64,000 nucleotides of DNA from Octopus vulgaris (taxonomy: Eukaryota): assembly GCA_951406725.2 (NCBI GenBank), contig OX597829.1, forward strand, positions 11,718,001 through 11,782,000. The letters are read 5' to 3'. Shown piece after piece: positions 12,500 to 25,569 of this stretch; the first letter of the stretch is position 1; each line of letters starts with the position of its first letter. The notes below the pieces were generated by a model, which made no database searches, was not told the origin of the DNA, and was given only the letters and a program-made list of their open reading frames with translations. The translations under genes were made by a program, and so were the position numbers.

Positions 12500-14656
12500 A
12501 GAAGGGAAGCTAGGAGGCAGGTTTATTTAGCCAGAGGGGAAACAGATAAGAAAAAATTTGCCAATGTTCTGCACCGTGAGGACCAAAGACTTGAGGTATT
12601 TTGTGTTGTAAGACAGTATGTGAGAGAGAATCGTGATGTTGTAGGAGAGAAATGTGTTCGCATGGATGATGGTTCACTTGCACTAAATGAGGCTGCAAAG
12701 AGACAGGTTTGAAGATGCCACTATGAAAGGTTGCTGAATAAAGAAAATGAATGGGCGAAAGAGAGTCTGTCGAATGTCAACTCAACAGAGGGACCAGCTA
12801 TCTGAGTCGACAGTACCTTGGTAGATAAAGCAATTAAGAATATGAAGACAGGGAAAGCCCCCAGACCATCAGGAACCACTGCAGAAATGCTCAAAATATC
12901 TGGCAGTGTCGGCTATAGCCTAGTCACCGTATACTTAACCAGGTGATACACGAAGGAGTCATACCCAATGACAAGTGTAGCAGCATAATAGTCAACTGCT
13001 ACAAAGGTAAAGGCAACGCTTTAGATACAAATAATTACAGAGGTATCAAGTTGTTGAATCAGGTAATGAAGGTCATGGAGGGGGTCATAGCCCAACTAAT
13101 TAGGGAGAGAGTCAGTTTAGATGAGATGCAGTTTGGGTTCGTGCCAGGGAAAAACACCATTGATGCTATATTTCTGGCAAGACAGCTGCAGGAGAAATAC
13201 CTAGCCAAAGATAAACCTCTGTACCTGGTTTTCGTTGACATGGAGAAAGCCTTTGACAGGGTCATTGAGGAAACTAGAGATAGATGAATGGTTAGTGAGA
13301 GCTGTGTAAGCCACGTACAGGAATGTTGTCAGTAAGGTGAGGGTGGGCAATGAGTACAGTGAAGAATTCCGGGTAGAGGTAGGGGTCCACCAAGGTTCAG
13401 TCCTCAGCCCCCTCCTATTTATCATAGTCCTCCAGGCAATAACAGAGGAATTCAAGACAGGATGCCCCTGGAAGCTCCTCTATGCTGACGACCTTGCTCT
13501 AATTGCTGAGTCACTGTCAGAACTAGAGAAGTTTCAGGTGTGGAAGCAAGGATTACAATCAAAGGGCCTTAGAGTCAACCTAGCTAAAACCAAAGTGCTA
13601 ATAAGTAGGAAGGCAGGCAAACAACAAATCCCATCAGGTAGTTGGCCCTGCTCAATCTGTAGAAAGGCATAGGTAGAAATTCTATAAGATGTACCAAGTG
13701 TAAGCTATGGACACATAAGAGGTGCAGCAATGTCAAAGGAAGGCTAACTAGGAAGATGGTTTTTGTATGTGGCAGATGCTTAGGAACAATAAACACTGAA
13801 AATGTACAGAGAAAAAACTTCTGCCACATTCCAGGGAGAAAAACTAGAAGTAGTTGATAGCTTCCATTACCTAGGTGACCAAGTCAGTAGCGGGGGCGGG
13901 TGTGCTGAAAGTGTAACTGCTAGAGTAAGAATAGCTTGGGCAAAGCTCTTACCTCTGCTGGTGACAAAGGGCCTCTTGTTCAGAGTAAAAGGTAGACTTT
14001 ATGATGCATTAGTACGAACAGCCATGCTACATGGCAGTGAAACATGGGCTGTGACTGCTGAGGACATGTGTAAGCTTGCAATGAATGAAGCCAGTATGAT
14101 CCGATGGATGTGTAATGTCAGAGTGCATACTCGACAGAGTGTAAGTACCTTGAGAGTAAAGTTGAACCTTAGAAGCATCAGATGTGGTGTGCAAGAGAGA
14201 CGATTGTGCTGGTATGGGCATGTGGTGGAAATGGATGAGAATAGCTGCGTGAAAAAGTGCCTCACTCTAGCAGTTGAGGGAACCTATGGAAGAGGTAGAC
14301 CCAGGAAGACCTGGGACGAGGTGGTGAAGCACGGCCTTCAAACATTAGGCCTCACTGAGGCAATGACTAATACCGAGACCTTTCGAAATATACTGTGCTT
14401 GAGAAGACCTGGCAAGCCAAGTGAGACCATAACCTCGTGGCCTATGCCAGGGGTGTAACCAGCCCACTTATGCGTACCTTTCCTTCATTGAACACTAAAC
14501 TCTGCTTGCGAAGACCTGTTGAGGCAAGTGGAATCGAAATCGAAATTCGAAGTTAAATTTGATGACTGGCGTCCATGCTAGTGGAGCACTAAGAGTACCA
14601 TCCAAGTGTGATCGTTGCCAGAGCAACAAATGGGTCTGTGCCAGTGGCACGTAAAA
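12500..14656 (+). mobile_element. RTE-clade LINE, frameshifted RT plus part of the 3' UTR
   Basis: NYRGIKLL, QFGFVPGK, FVDMEKAFDRV, GVHQGSVLSPLLF, YADDL, the PHD-like Cys motif and GRGRPRKTW. Confidence 0.93.
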
Positions 14657-15065
14657 AGTACCATTCAAGCATGACCTTGCAGGTGGGGCCCAGTTAGAAT
14701 TTTCTTCAGGTTGAGTAGCCCATCCCGCTCAAAAGGTCCCTGAATAAGGATTGTTTAAGGATGTTGAAAGAACCACCCATATTTCCAGAGGTGAATTATT
14801 CAAACCCCAAAGAATCCCTCTCGACACATGGCTATGATGCTCCCCCACTACTTCTGCTTGTGATCAGAGATGCACATATCGTCAGCCACTAAGGGACATG
14901 CTCAACTGGTTAAGGTCAAACAACTGACAAGCAAATCTGTGGTATTGAGCAGAATATTTGCTGTAGCCCATCTTTTATACCAAGACAAAACAATGTACAT
15001 GATAACACTTCCAATCAGTTAAGATCAGAAGCCATGAGAGCCACTGCCTGGTACTACATCAGGGC

Positions 15066-15153
<88 letters not shown>

Positions 15154-15165
15154 TTAGTTATTATT
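14657..15165. mobile_element. Unclassified interspersed-repeat-like segment abutting (TTA)n
   Basis: It abruptly replaces the RTE 3' UTR, has higher GC than the background and ends in a long (tta)n. The family could not be determined. Confidence 0.35.
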
Positions 15166-15515
15166 ATGTATATGTATGTATATATATGTATATGTGTATG
15201 TGAGTGTATATATGTATATGTGTATATATGTATGTATATGTGTATATAGATATGTACGTATGTATGTATGTATGTATGTATGTATGTATGTATGTATGTA
15301 TGTATGTATGTATGTATGTATGTGTATTTATGTACATATGCATATCTATGTGTACATGTGTGTGTGCACATGTATGTATGTGTATTTTAATCAACCAACC
15401 ATAACTGAGACAATGAAATTCAAATGTGTCAACCAATTGGATTTAGCTTGGAATTGTAAATAATTTCTCCCCTATCCCCGTAAGATTTCAAACCACTGAA
15501 ATATTATATTAATAA

Positions 15516-18500
15516 CTAGCAGAGATACCCGGCGTTACCCGGTTACATTCAATTGAAGAATTAGACTTTTCTGTTATATTTACATGGATACACACACATA
15601 CATGTATATGTATATTAATATAAATACATGAAAGTACATGAAGTTTGTTAAAAAAAAGGGGATCATGTATATACCTCCTGGCTGTTGAGATTATAACACC
15701 TCGTTGTAAACAATGTTCCTTGTTTTTCTTTGTGGAGCATATACAAAAAGGTTTCTTTTGGTTCCTACTCTTGAGCAGCCAACATGCAGTTGCCCATGTG
15801 AGAAGCAGGGCTCTTCCAAGAGAAGACCAGCTACAGAGAGGGTTTGACTCTGAGATTTGTTAATGGACATGGCAAAGCTGACACGAAGGGGGAATTGCAG
15901 TCTTCTTGAATGTAAATGGAATTTCTGCTCCTGATGGAGTAAGAAGAAATCTTGGAATAAAGACGTCATCACCTTTTCCACATCCAGAAAGAATGATCGC
16001 CTCGATAACGTGTGACATCATTTTCTTTATCACCAGTCGTGTTCCATTGCAAAGTCTTGGTGGTTCCAGATTGCGGAGTAGCATTACAGGAGTTCCAACT
16101 TTAAGTGCTAATATGTATGGAGGTAGTCCAGGAGGCTCCAGTGAATTGAGAAATCCAAGAGGATAGTTCACAACTTCATTTATATCTGGAATTGTATCAA
16201 CAGACTTGTAAGTGTGTATAGTGCCTGGAAGAGAATGCATTAACTGTTGATTAATTTTGTTAACAGCGACGTTTTTTGGAGCTAATATTGCTCTTTCATA
16301 CAGCCAATTGTGATTTTGGTAGCTTTGTGTGAAGTTGGGAAAGACTTTGTTTTTGAGGTCATCTACAATTAACAACAGAGGAAAATGACCACACCTCCAT
16401 TTGTCCGGCAGCATCGAGAGGCATCTTGCCTTCACCAAGTGTCAAAATGTTCTGTGCAAACTTTGTGGACATTTTGTCGCCGTGTAGCTGAGCTCTCATG
16501 TTAGTGGTGAGACTGAAGATTGTAACATAACATGATGCCACAGGGTAGAGGACTTTAGGCATGCTTGGACTTCATCTGCTCTAGTGCCTTTCAGAATGAC
16601 AGGAAGAGTTGGCCTGGAATCACCTGACAACTGAAGCGTTACACCTCCCATTGGAGCCTGACAGTCTCGGATGTCTTTCAGGGCTCTATCTAATGCTTCC
16701 AAAGCTCCCTTGTGAGCCATAGTGCACTCATCCCAGACAATTAGATGACATATTTTAAGTACTTGTCCCTGATGTTGCATGAAGGCATTTCGGATGCTGC
16801 TAAATTGAGAGGAAGTTTAAAAGTTGAGTGTGCTGTCCTGCCACCGGGTAACAAAGTAACTGCAATGCCAGAGGAGGCTACAATACTGCAATGTCCTGAT
16901 GCTGCCTAACTTCTGCAAGGAGAAGCTTTGTAATAAATGTTTTTCCTGTCCCTCCAGGAGCATCGAGGAAGAAGATTCGTCCCTCGCGTTGGCGTACACT
17001 GTTAAGAATAGTTCTGTAGGCCTGCAGCTGGCCCAGAAGTAATTTAGGCTCATTTCAACAATGTACTTTGAAAGCGCTTGAGTTTCGTAGGCTGTTTCAC
17101 GAATGACAGCAGTGGGAAGGCTATTTGACCCTGACCTGAATGCTTGCGGCAGACCATACGTCAACAATTCATTTCCACCCAGTTTAGCAATTCTGTCTTC
17201 AATGTCAATGAGTATTTTGTTATAGATTTCATTGCTGATACCCTCCATGTCAGGATAGAGCAGTTGAGCTTGGCGCTGAAAGTCTTCAGCCAGGTTGTTT
17301 CTGTATTTGAGCCATAGAGTGGCCGGATCACACAGTTCGCATGCCTGTAGTAATACTGCAAATAGTGCCCTGAGACTTTTAGGTGATTGTGATAAAGCAG
17401 CCTCTCCTAAAGTTGCATCCCATTGTGCACCATCTTCTAACAGACCTTGTCGATAGCAGGCTTCTCTGTATGTTGTGCAGACATGTCCATGAACGGTTTT
17501 TAGGGCCTGGAAAGACGTTGGCCCTCTGACCTCATGCAGTAGTAGACGAAGGTAGAAGCACTCTTGTTGAGTGGGATGCACTGTGTATACTCGCGCAAGG
17601 CAAGTGTGAAACTTAATACCAGGGTATCCATGAACATTTTGACCTGCTTTCCGTGGGGCCCATTTTTTTCCATTCCAAGTGTAGTACGATGGAATCTGTG
17701 GATGTGGATACAGCAAGGTTTGAGCGAATGGATCCACTTGACAAAACTTGACGAATCCAGTGAGTGTGCTATTCCGAGGTTCCTCTGCCAACAGAGAAGC
17801 ATTAGCATCGGTGAAGTACAATCTTTGACCATTTTCCAGGTGCACTGCAAGCTGTTAAATGGCGGGGTGTCGTTGGTGAATTGGAAAGCCAAAGATGTGC
17901 CAGAAAGCCTCATTTCTACTTGTGTACCGTCCCACCTGATAATGCGTCACCTCATCCTGGCAGTATTCTTGTTGAAGTCCAAACATTGCAGCGTCAGAAC
18001 CCCTGTTTACATATTTGCAAACGTACTTGATGGATTTAACGGAGTTGCAAAACTCAACGTTGCTGTGGGCATTGAAAGTCTTTGACAGGAGTGGGCAGTA
18101 TGGAACAATCCATCTACTATCAATATCGTGCTTCCGATAGTTGCTGTGAAACCTCCGTCTTCTGGTTTTCTGCGTCTGTATGAAGGATACCCATCACCAC
18201 CTGTCTGAGTTTCTTGTAGGAACCTCCTTGGAAATCTTTTTGAACATATGCTGTCCTTCAAGAATGGTGTGTTTATGTTGAATCCACGCCCACATGGACC
18301 ATGTACCATGTTTGCTTTAACTATTTCGTATAGTTCTTTGTCTAAAGCTGGATCAGGAAGCTCTGCAGAGATTATCTTGTTGATGTCATTGGAATTGATC
18401 TTCGCTGAGAGCCAAAGCAGGATATGAGCATGTGGAAGGCCCCTTTTTTGCCACTCGATTGTGTACATGTCACATTGTATGGACCCAAAGACTTGCCCTT

Positions 18501-19850
18501 TTTGTATGAGCTCCATGAGAGAGATTAACTTCAGATGGAAAACTCGGGCGTTGAGATTCCGGTTCGTATGTAAGGCAGGTTTGAAAGTGTTCCCAACAGT
18601 TATTAGTTGTAGTGGTAGAATGTTTATGCCGAATATGTACGTATGCAAGTATATATATATATGTGTGCCTGTATATATGTACAAAATCCACTGAGAAGGC
18701 TTTTGTTGGTCTGAGGCTACAGCAGAAGACACATGCCAAGTCACCACACAGTGGGACTGAACCCAGGACCATGTGTTTGTAACGTAGTTTGTTACCACAC
18801 AGCCACACCAGCCCATATGTATGTATGTGTGTGTGTGCATATGTGTGTATGGGTATATATATTATGCATGTATATATGTGTATATATATGTGTACATATT
18901 ACATGTACATCTATATATATACATCTACACATAAAATACAAAATTCAAAGTTATATCTTGATATCGCTAGTGATAACAATACTCAAAATATATAACAGAC
19001 TGGAATTGTAGGCCCATCTCTTGCAATTTCGATCAATTGGATCTTGTCCTCCTTCTTGTATAAAAGTGTACGGCTGCAGCGAAATTCATTTTTGGACTTT
19101 CTTCTATCGAAGGCATTTTAACAAAAATGCTTCCGTAAAGACGGTGAAAATATTGTCAATTTCCCCTAACAGGGACAAAATTCAATTTTTAAACAATAAC
19201 TAAAGCCCCTTCTCCGAAAGGGGGAGGGTTACGGTTTACAATTATTTAAGAAATGCAACACAACAACGTTTCCCTGACAAGGAACCAACAAACGTGATTA
19301 TAATAGTCAAACAGTAATAATAATAACAACAAACCTTTTTAATTTATTCCCATTTATGTGAAACCACTTATTCAAGTTCAAGTCATTGATGTAATTTTAT
19401 ACGAATTGCTAATACACATACACACATATAATAAGGGTGAAAAATTGAATATTAATTTGATTAATATGAATTGAAAACCAGTGGTGTAGCATATAAGACC
19501 ATAGCGGATCTTCTTCTAGCAAAAAGGATGATCACTATTAATGGTTCATCCCTATTATATAATACTTTCACTTTATTAGTTTCAGTATTAAAATGGAAGT
19601 GTCTGCATTACAAAAGAGAGATGTTTTTGTTTCACTTTTAACACGTAATACTGAAATAGCGGAGAAGATATGATATTGCTGTGGGGTCGCCCTAGGGAAA
19701 AAGTTAAGATTTTTTTTCCGATGACACTCCCCGGACCTTAAGTAAGGCATGTGTAAAATTTGAATGAAATTGGTTGTGTAGTTCTCAAGTTTTAGGGAAA
19801 CACACAGACAGACAGACATACACACATTCCCAGTTTTATATATAGAGAGA
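15516..19850 (-). mobile_element. Helitron with both termini and decayed Rep/PIF1 helicase
   Basis: On the minus strand it begins A|TCTCTCTATA (19850) and ends ccgggtaacgccggg-tatctctg-CTAG|T (15516). It has the Rep HUH motif IEWQKRGLPHAHILLWL and helicase motifs LIVWDECTMAHK, LLRNLEPPRLCNGTRL, FAMSINKSQSQTL and FSHGQLHVGCSRV. Confidence 0.95.
18685..18815 (-). mobile_element. SINE head fragment inside the Helitron
   Basis: cagtgggactgaacccaggaccatgtg...accacacagcca is the reverse complement of the family head. Confidence 0.75.
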
Positions 19851-20408
19851 TAACGTAAGCATAACTCGTAACGGCCTATCTCTTACATCTTGATCTGTGA
19901 ACTCTACGTATGTACATACATGTATTTTTTGTATGATGTAAAAGCATAAAATCTCTTTATATGTATTAGTGGATGTTTATGCGCATATATATATATACAT
20001 ATGCATGTGTTTGTTACCTGTGTATGCAGAATAAGACTGAAGTTTCGATTTTGACTGTATGATATATGAATATAATGACATTATTTGTTGAATTAATGTG
20101 CTTGCATCTTTCATAAGCATCTGTCTATGTTATACTATATTATATTATATTATATTATATTATATTATATTATATTATATTATATTATACTATATTATAT
20201 TATACTATATTCTATGTGGTATTTTCCATCTACTATGTATTGTGAATAGCAGAATTCACATAATCTAATATTGGTATTATTAATAAAAATAATAATATTA
20301 ATAGTTTTGGTAATGTAATGAACTTTGTATATGTACCCATTGATGTGGATGTATATGTGTACTCCAGTAAATATATTTGATTATCTGTAACCTTATGTGT
20401 ATGTATAT

Positions 20409-20452
<44 letters not shown>

Positions 20453-20510
20453 TTGTGTATGTGTATTTTGTTTCATATTTATACTTGCATTTTTATAATT
20501 GTACTTTATA

Positions 20511-20636
20511 ATCTCTGAACGTGCCTTGAGATATATGTATAAGTAACTCATTTTTAACTGCATATTACCTCAATACATCTGACTAATATAGGCAGAATGA
20601 GATACCTTTATCTACAGGCTGAAACAGCTGTAAGAT
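20511..20636 (+). ncRNA. Degenerate type I hammerhead ribozyme motif (sister of 51038-51166)
   Basis: atct CTGAACG tgcct...aggct GAAAC agct GTA agat. Stem I is atct/agat and the first core strand is mutated. Downstream sequence to about 20980 aligns with the reverse complement of 50660-51030. Confidence 0.6.
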
Positions 20637-20981
20637 CCATTTTATGTGTATTATTCTTATGGTATTATTATCTTACATATTGATGTATATTGTTTTGTTT
20701 TGTTGGATTTGGATGTTCCTATTTATGTAGTTAATAAATAATATGAATTGGTAATATCTGTAAGTCGATGATTGAAATGAATCTGTTCCTCCACTTTCTT
20801 ATTTGTATTATGAATTTGAGGTAAAATATTTTACCTTCGCCCATCCGATACAATAAATGAATTAATTGCATTGCAATTATAAGCATTTATGTATTTGCCT
20901 TTTGGGTACTTCACCAGCAGTATATTGGATAACTGATATCCCATAGTGGGTTACACTCATAACCCCTATCTCACTTTGTAA

Positions 20982-21108
<127 letters not shown>

Positions 21109-21223
21109 TCTTTTTTTAATAATTTTGATATATATTTAAAATACTATAAATTAATTAATCTTATGTATTGGCTTAAGGTTTTCATTGTATGATTTGCCTA
21201 ATAGTGGTTTTATCTCTAATTTA

Positions 21224-21284
<61 letters not shown>

Positions 21285-21380
21285 TATAATGTAATAATTT
21301 GAATTCGCCTTAAATGGTCCCTTTACATACTGAATACTTGGTAAAATTGATTAATAATTAATTAATTTTACCCTCAATTG

Positions 21381-21512
<132 letters not shown>

Positions 21513-21592
21513 TAGGCTTACAAAGAATAAGTCCTGGGGTCGATTTGCTCGACTATAAGCAGTGCTCCAGCATGGCCGCAGTCAAATGATTG

Positions 21593-21666
<74 letters not shown>

Positions 21667-21809
21667 CGGGAAGCTTTATGAAAATAAACAAAAGACGAAG
21701 GCAGGTGGAGTACAAACAAACAATTGTATTAGTATGGCGCTCAGGAATATAAATAAAACATATATGTATATAAGGACACAAAAGTATTCTAAATTTTTCA
21801 CAGTAGTTG

Positions 21810-21980
21810 GTGACACATGTAAAAGCACCCAGCACACTCTGTAAAGTGGTTGGCATTAGGAAGGGCATCCAGCAATAGAGACCATGTTAAAACTAGCAAT
21901 TGGAGTCTTGACAGCTCCTCAGCTAACAAACTCCAAACCCTGCCAGCATGGAAAATAGACAATAAGCAATGATGATGATC
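21810..21980 (+). mobile_element. RTE-type 3' end fragment
   Basis: gtaaaagcaccc..gtggttggcattaggaagggcatccagc..gcatggaaaatagac..(gat)n, as at 7690-7878. Confidence 0.75.
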
Positions 21981-22180
21981 ATCATCACCATCATCATCAT
22001 TATCATCATCATGATCATCACCATCACATCCACCACCACCACCACCACCACAACATCATCATCATCTCAATTACATTAATTACATCATGGAAAAAATTCC
22101 ATTCTTCATATTTGCTCACTTACCTAATCAATTCTTAACAAAACAGGTCACTCAGAATCTTCTCCTACCTAGGTTTAAGC

Positions 22181-22260
22181 TCACCTGACGAAAGTGAAAT
22201 TTTTTAATGATGTAATCAATTCATCAATTAAAACAATTGCTGCTGAAACAGTTATTGTGA
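22181..22260 (+). ncRNA. Degenerate type I hammerhead motif
   Basis: tcac CTGACGA [AT-rich imperfect hairpin] GAAAC agtt ATT gtga. Stem I is tcac/gtga and stem III is mismatched. Confidence 0.45.
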
Positions 22261-22430
22261 ACCATTTCTGTGTTCTTATTTCATGCAAATGCCATACCTA
22301 GAATCTAGAACCATCCTTATATTGGATCTATAACTTGCATTGGATCGTGAAACTATGTATAAATATATAAATGTGTGTGTATTCATATATATACTTGTAT
22401 ATATATATATAATATATATATATATATATA

Positions 22431-22580
22431 GGAGTGGCTGTGAAGTAAGTAGCTTGCTTACCAACCACATGGTTCCGGGTCCAGTCCCACTGCATAGCTC
22501 CTTGGGCAAGTGTCTTCTACTATAACCTCGGGCCAACCAAAGCCTTGTGAGTGGATTTGGTAGACGGAAAGCCCGTCACA

Positions 22581-22633
<53 letters not shown>

Positions 22634-22759
22634 GTATGTGTGTGTATATGAACTTAGCGGTTCGGCAAAAGAGACCGATAGAATAAGTACTAGGCTTACA
22701 AGGTGGTATTCCAGCATGGACACAGTCAAATGACTGAAATAAGTAAAAGAGTAAAAGAA
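22431..22759 (+). mobile_element. tRNA-derived SINE (internally deleted)
   Basis: Head ggagtggctgtg..ggttccgggtccagtcccactg, internal (ta)n and tail gtcaaatgactgaaataagtaaaagag. Confidence 0.88.
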
Positions 22760-23049
22760 TAAAACATATATCCGAAAACAAGCAGACTCTAAATAACAGA
22801 GCTGCAAATATTACAACAAAAATCGTAATTTTGGACATAGGGTTATCATAGGTTACAAAAGGTTTCCTATCAACAAAGCTAAAGCGTCGCAGACAGCGCG
22901 TCAGATTTTATAAAAAGACAAAAAAATTCAAACTTTCTACGTTGCGGACGTGAAGAAGCGCTCAGAAATCAAGATTTAAGTTTTAGCATATAAAAATGTT
23001 AATGAGGACAAGTTGTCTCCCCTGAACCAGAGGATAAAACAACGCTGAT

Positions 23050-23260
23050 AGACTCGCTTTTGGATTTGGTTTGCAAGATTTTTTATGTGAGTTCGTGTGT
23101 TGAAGCATATTTTGTTGTGTCTGGGACGAGTCGTTCTCTGTTAGTGCCATGTTATCTAACACACTCACCTGTATGCAAGTTTCCACTCATTTATTTTTTG
23201 TAAAATTTTCGTTGCGTCTTGCTACCTTTTCAATAGTCTTTGACTTTGTCCGTTATCCGA
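23050..23260 (+). repeat. Interspersed non-coding repeat, second copy at 29315-29445
   Basis: Shared ttgtgtctggg..gagtc..aacacactcacc..aaaattttcgttgc.tcttgc.accttttcaatagtc. Both copies run into cryptic (GT/AT) simple sequence. Confidence 0.7.
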
Positions 23261-23911
23261 GTTGCGTTCTTTTTTGTTTGTTTGTGCGCATGTGTGTGGG
23301 TCAGTGTGTGTGCGCATACACATATGTATGTATGTGTGTATGAATGTATGTATGTATGTGTATGCATATATGTGTATGTATGCATATATATATATGTATG
23401 TGTGCACGTTTGTATGAATGTATTCTGCACGTTCGTGTTTGTATGTGTGTGTGTTTGTAAGTGTGTGTGTTTGCATGTGTGTGTGTTTGCATATGTGTGT
23501 GTTTGCATGTGTGTGTGTGGTTCTGTGTATGTGTGTGTACTTCTGTCTCCTTCTGTGTGTATATGTCTGAGTGTATCTGTGCATGGATTTTTGTGACTAT
23601 GTACTGCGTCTATTATGTGTGGATGTGTCTCCATGCGTGTCCTTATGTAAAGTGTTGTGTGTGTGTGATTGTGTGTGATTGTGTGTGTGACTGTGTGTAT
23701 GGTCACGTGTTTCAGACTCCATTTGCGTATGTGTGCTTGTCTGTTCATATAACCTATGTACCTATCCATCTCAATGTTGATCTGTTTATCTTCATATCCA
23801 TATGCTTACATACATATGCATATACACACATATACATATATACACTACAAACACTCACACATTCACACCCATGCATACATCTACATAACAACCCACTAAC
23901 TATTCTACCTG

Positions 23912-23984
<73 letters not shown>

Positions 23985-23985
<1 letters not shown>

Positions 23986-25335
23986 CTGTGGGTATAGGAG
24001 TATGACTACCTATTGGGGATGTTTCATTTATGAAGACGTACTCCTGTATTTGTCTGAGTGTTGAGTCCTTCGGGTGCTTGGATAAAATGCGGGTATCAAG
24101 TTGACCCACGCTGCCTCCATGTTGGTCTTTGGCATGTTGGTATAGTATGGAGAACTGTCTTTTGTCATCATATTGTCCCAAACGCTCATTTAGTCTTTCC
24201 GCAATACTCCTAAATGTCTCACCTATGTGTATCATGTTCTTGTCTTTACAAGTGTCTTCTATGTACCTTATGCTGTAGAATACATTTCTAGTTCTACAGT
24301 TAATTCCTAGGTTAATCCTACATACCATGCAGTTTTCATTGGTGCATACGGTATTCTCAAAGGGGCACGCCCTATATAGTTGTGATCTGATGGATCTCCC
24401 TGGCTTTTCAATGATCTCAATGTTGAGTTTGGCCTCCTACAGAGATTTCCTAAATCTACAGGCCAGTTCTCCATTTGTTGGTCTTATACTATGTGTTTAC
24501 CCTGTATGCTTTGACACAAACTGTTTGTATTCTATTCCAGTCTTTACTTCTATATCTAGGGCAGGTACCACTGGTTTCGCTACATATAATGTTATCTAAC
24601 TTCTTTCTAGCACCCTTGAATACCCGAACCCTATCTTTCTGATCATATCCAGAGAACTGCATGCAGCTCATGAAGTTCTGTACATGTTTCTTCGTTTCAT
24701 AGGGTTTGCATAGTGGGGACACGTTGTTCATCATCCTAAGTCTGTTATCGGTATGTTGATTTTCATGTTGTCTGACAAAGTTGAGTTCTTGTGAACAACA
24801 TATTTTGAAGCTATGAGTTTCATGTAATAGGGGTGGAAGAGGTGCATTCTGTTGTTCACAGTCTCTAACCAAATTTCAGTATCAAGGACGGGGAGTCTAT
24901 TGTTGGGGTGCTTATTAGGGTAATCTACAGTTACCTTGATACTTTGGTGGATGAAATTAGCTACTTGCTGGATACTCTCCATTATGTTCCTCTCACTTTC
25001 TACATTACTGTTACTAGAGTTGGTCATAACTAGAATATTAATGTCGTCTACATACCTACAGTAACACAAAAGTGTTGTAGACTGTTTTGTTAAGGAGTGT
25101 TTAAGGTCATGAAGAGGACAGCCACATCTTCAGCTACACCGACACCAATGGCTGCACCTTGAACCTGCATGTATAGTTTCCTGTTAAACTTTACTATGTG
25201 GCTCTTCAAGGTGTTTCTTATGCTAGCTCCTATTGCATGTACAATCATTCCTTTCACCTGATTGTTGTTCTCAGGGTTTTGGGTGGGTATGGTCCAGCCA
25301 CTCCAGCACTCTGCGGTGCTTTTATTCACTATGGC
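23985..25335 (-). mobile_element. Penelope-like element pseudogene (RT + GIY-YIG endonuclease)
   Basis: RT motifs KFNRKLYMQVQGAAIG, CRYVDDI and RLPVLD. GIY-YIG motifs NVFYSI..HIGETFRSIAERL..QH...H..RQIQE. Confidence 0.9.
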
Positions 25336-25569
25336 CTAAGTAGATTCTGCCCCACCAGGTGACAGAGAGGAAGACCATCCACCATCATCTCAGCAGTGAA
25401 GAAACACTTTTCTTCACTGAAGCACTGAGCACTGGAGCAGTTCAGCAATGAGACTGATAGATAATAAGTACTAGGCTTACAAAGTATAAGTTTTGCAGTC
25501 GATTTGTTTGACTAAGGTGGTGCTCCAACATGACTGCAGTCAAATGACTGAAACAAGTAAAAGAATATA

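Noticed and set aside
15691-18600. Host PIF1 helicase gene
   Set aside because: It is fused to a Rep HUH domain, frameshifted and bounded by Helitron termini.
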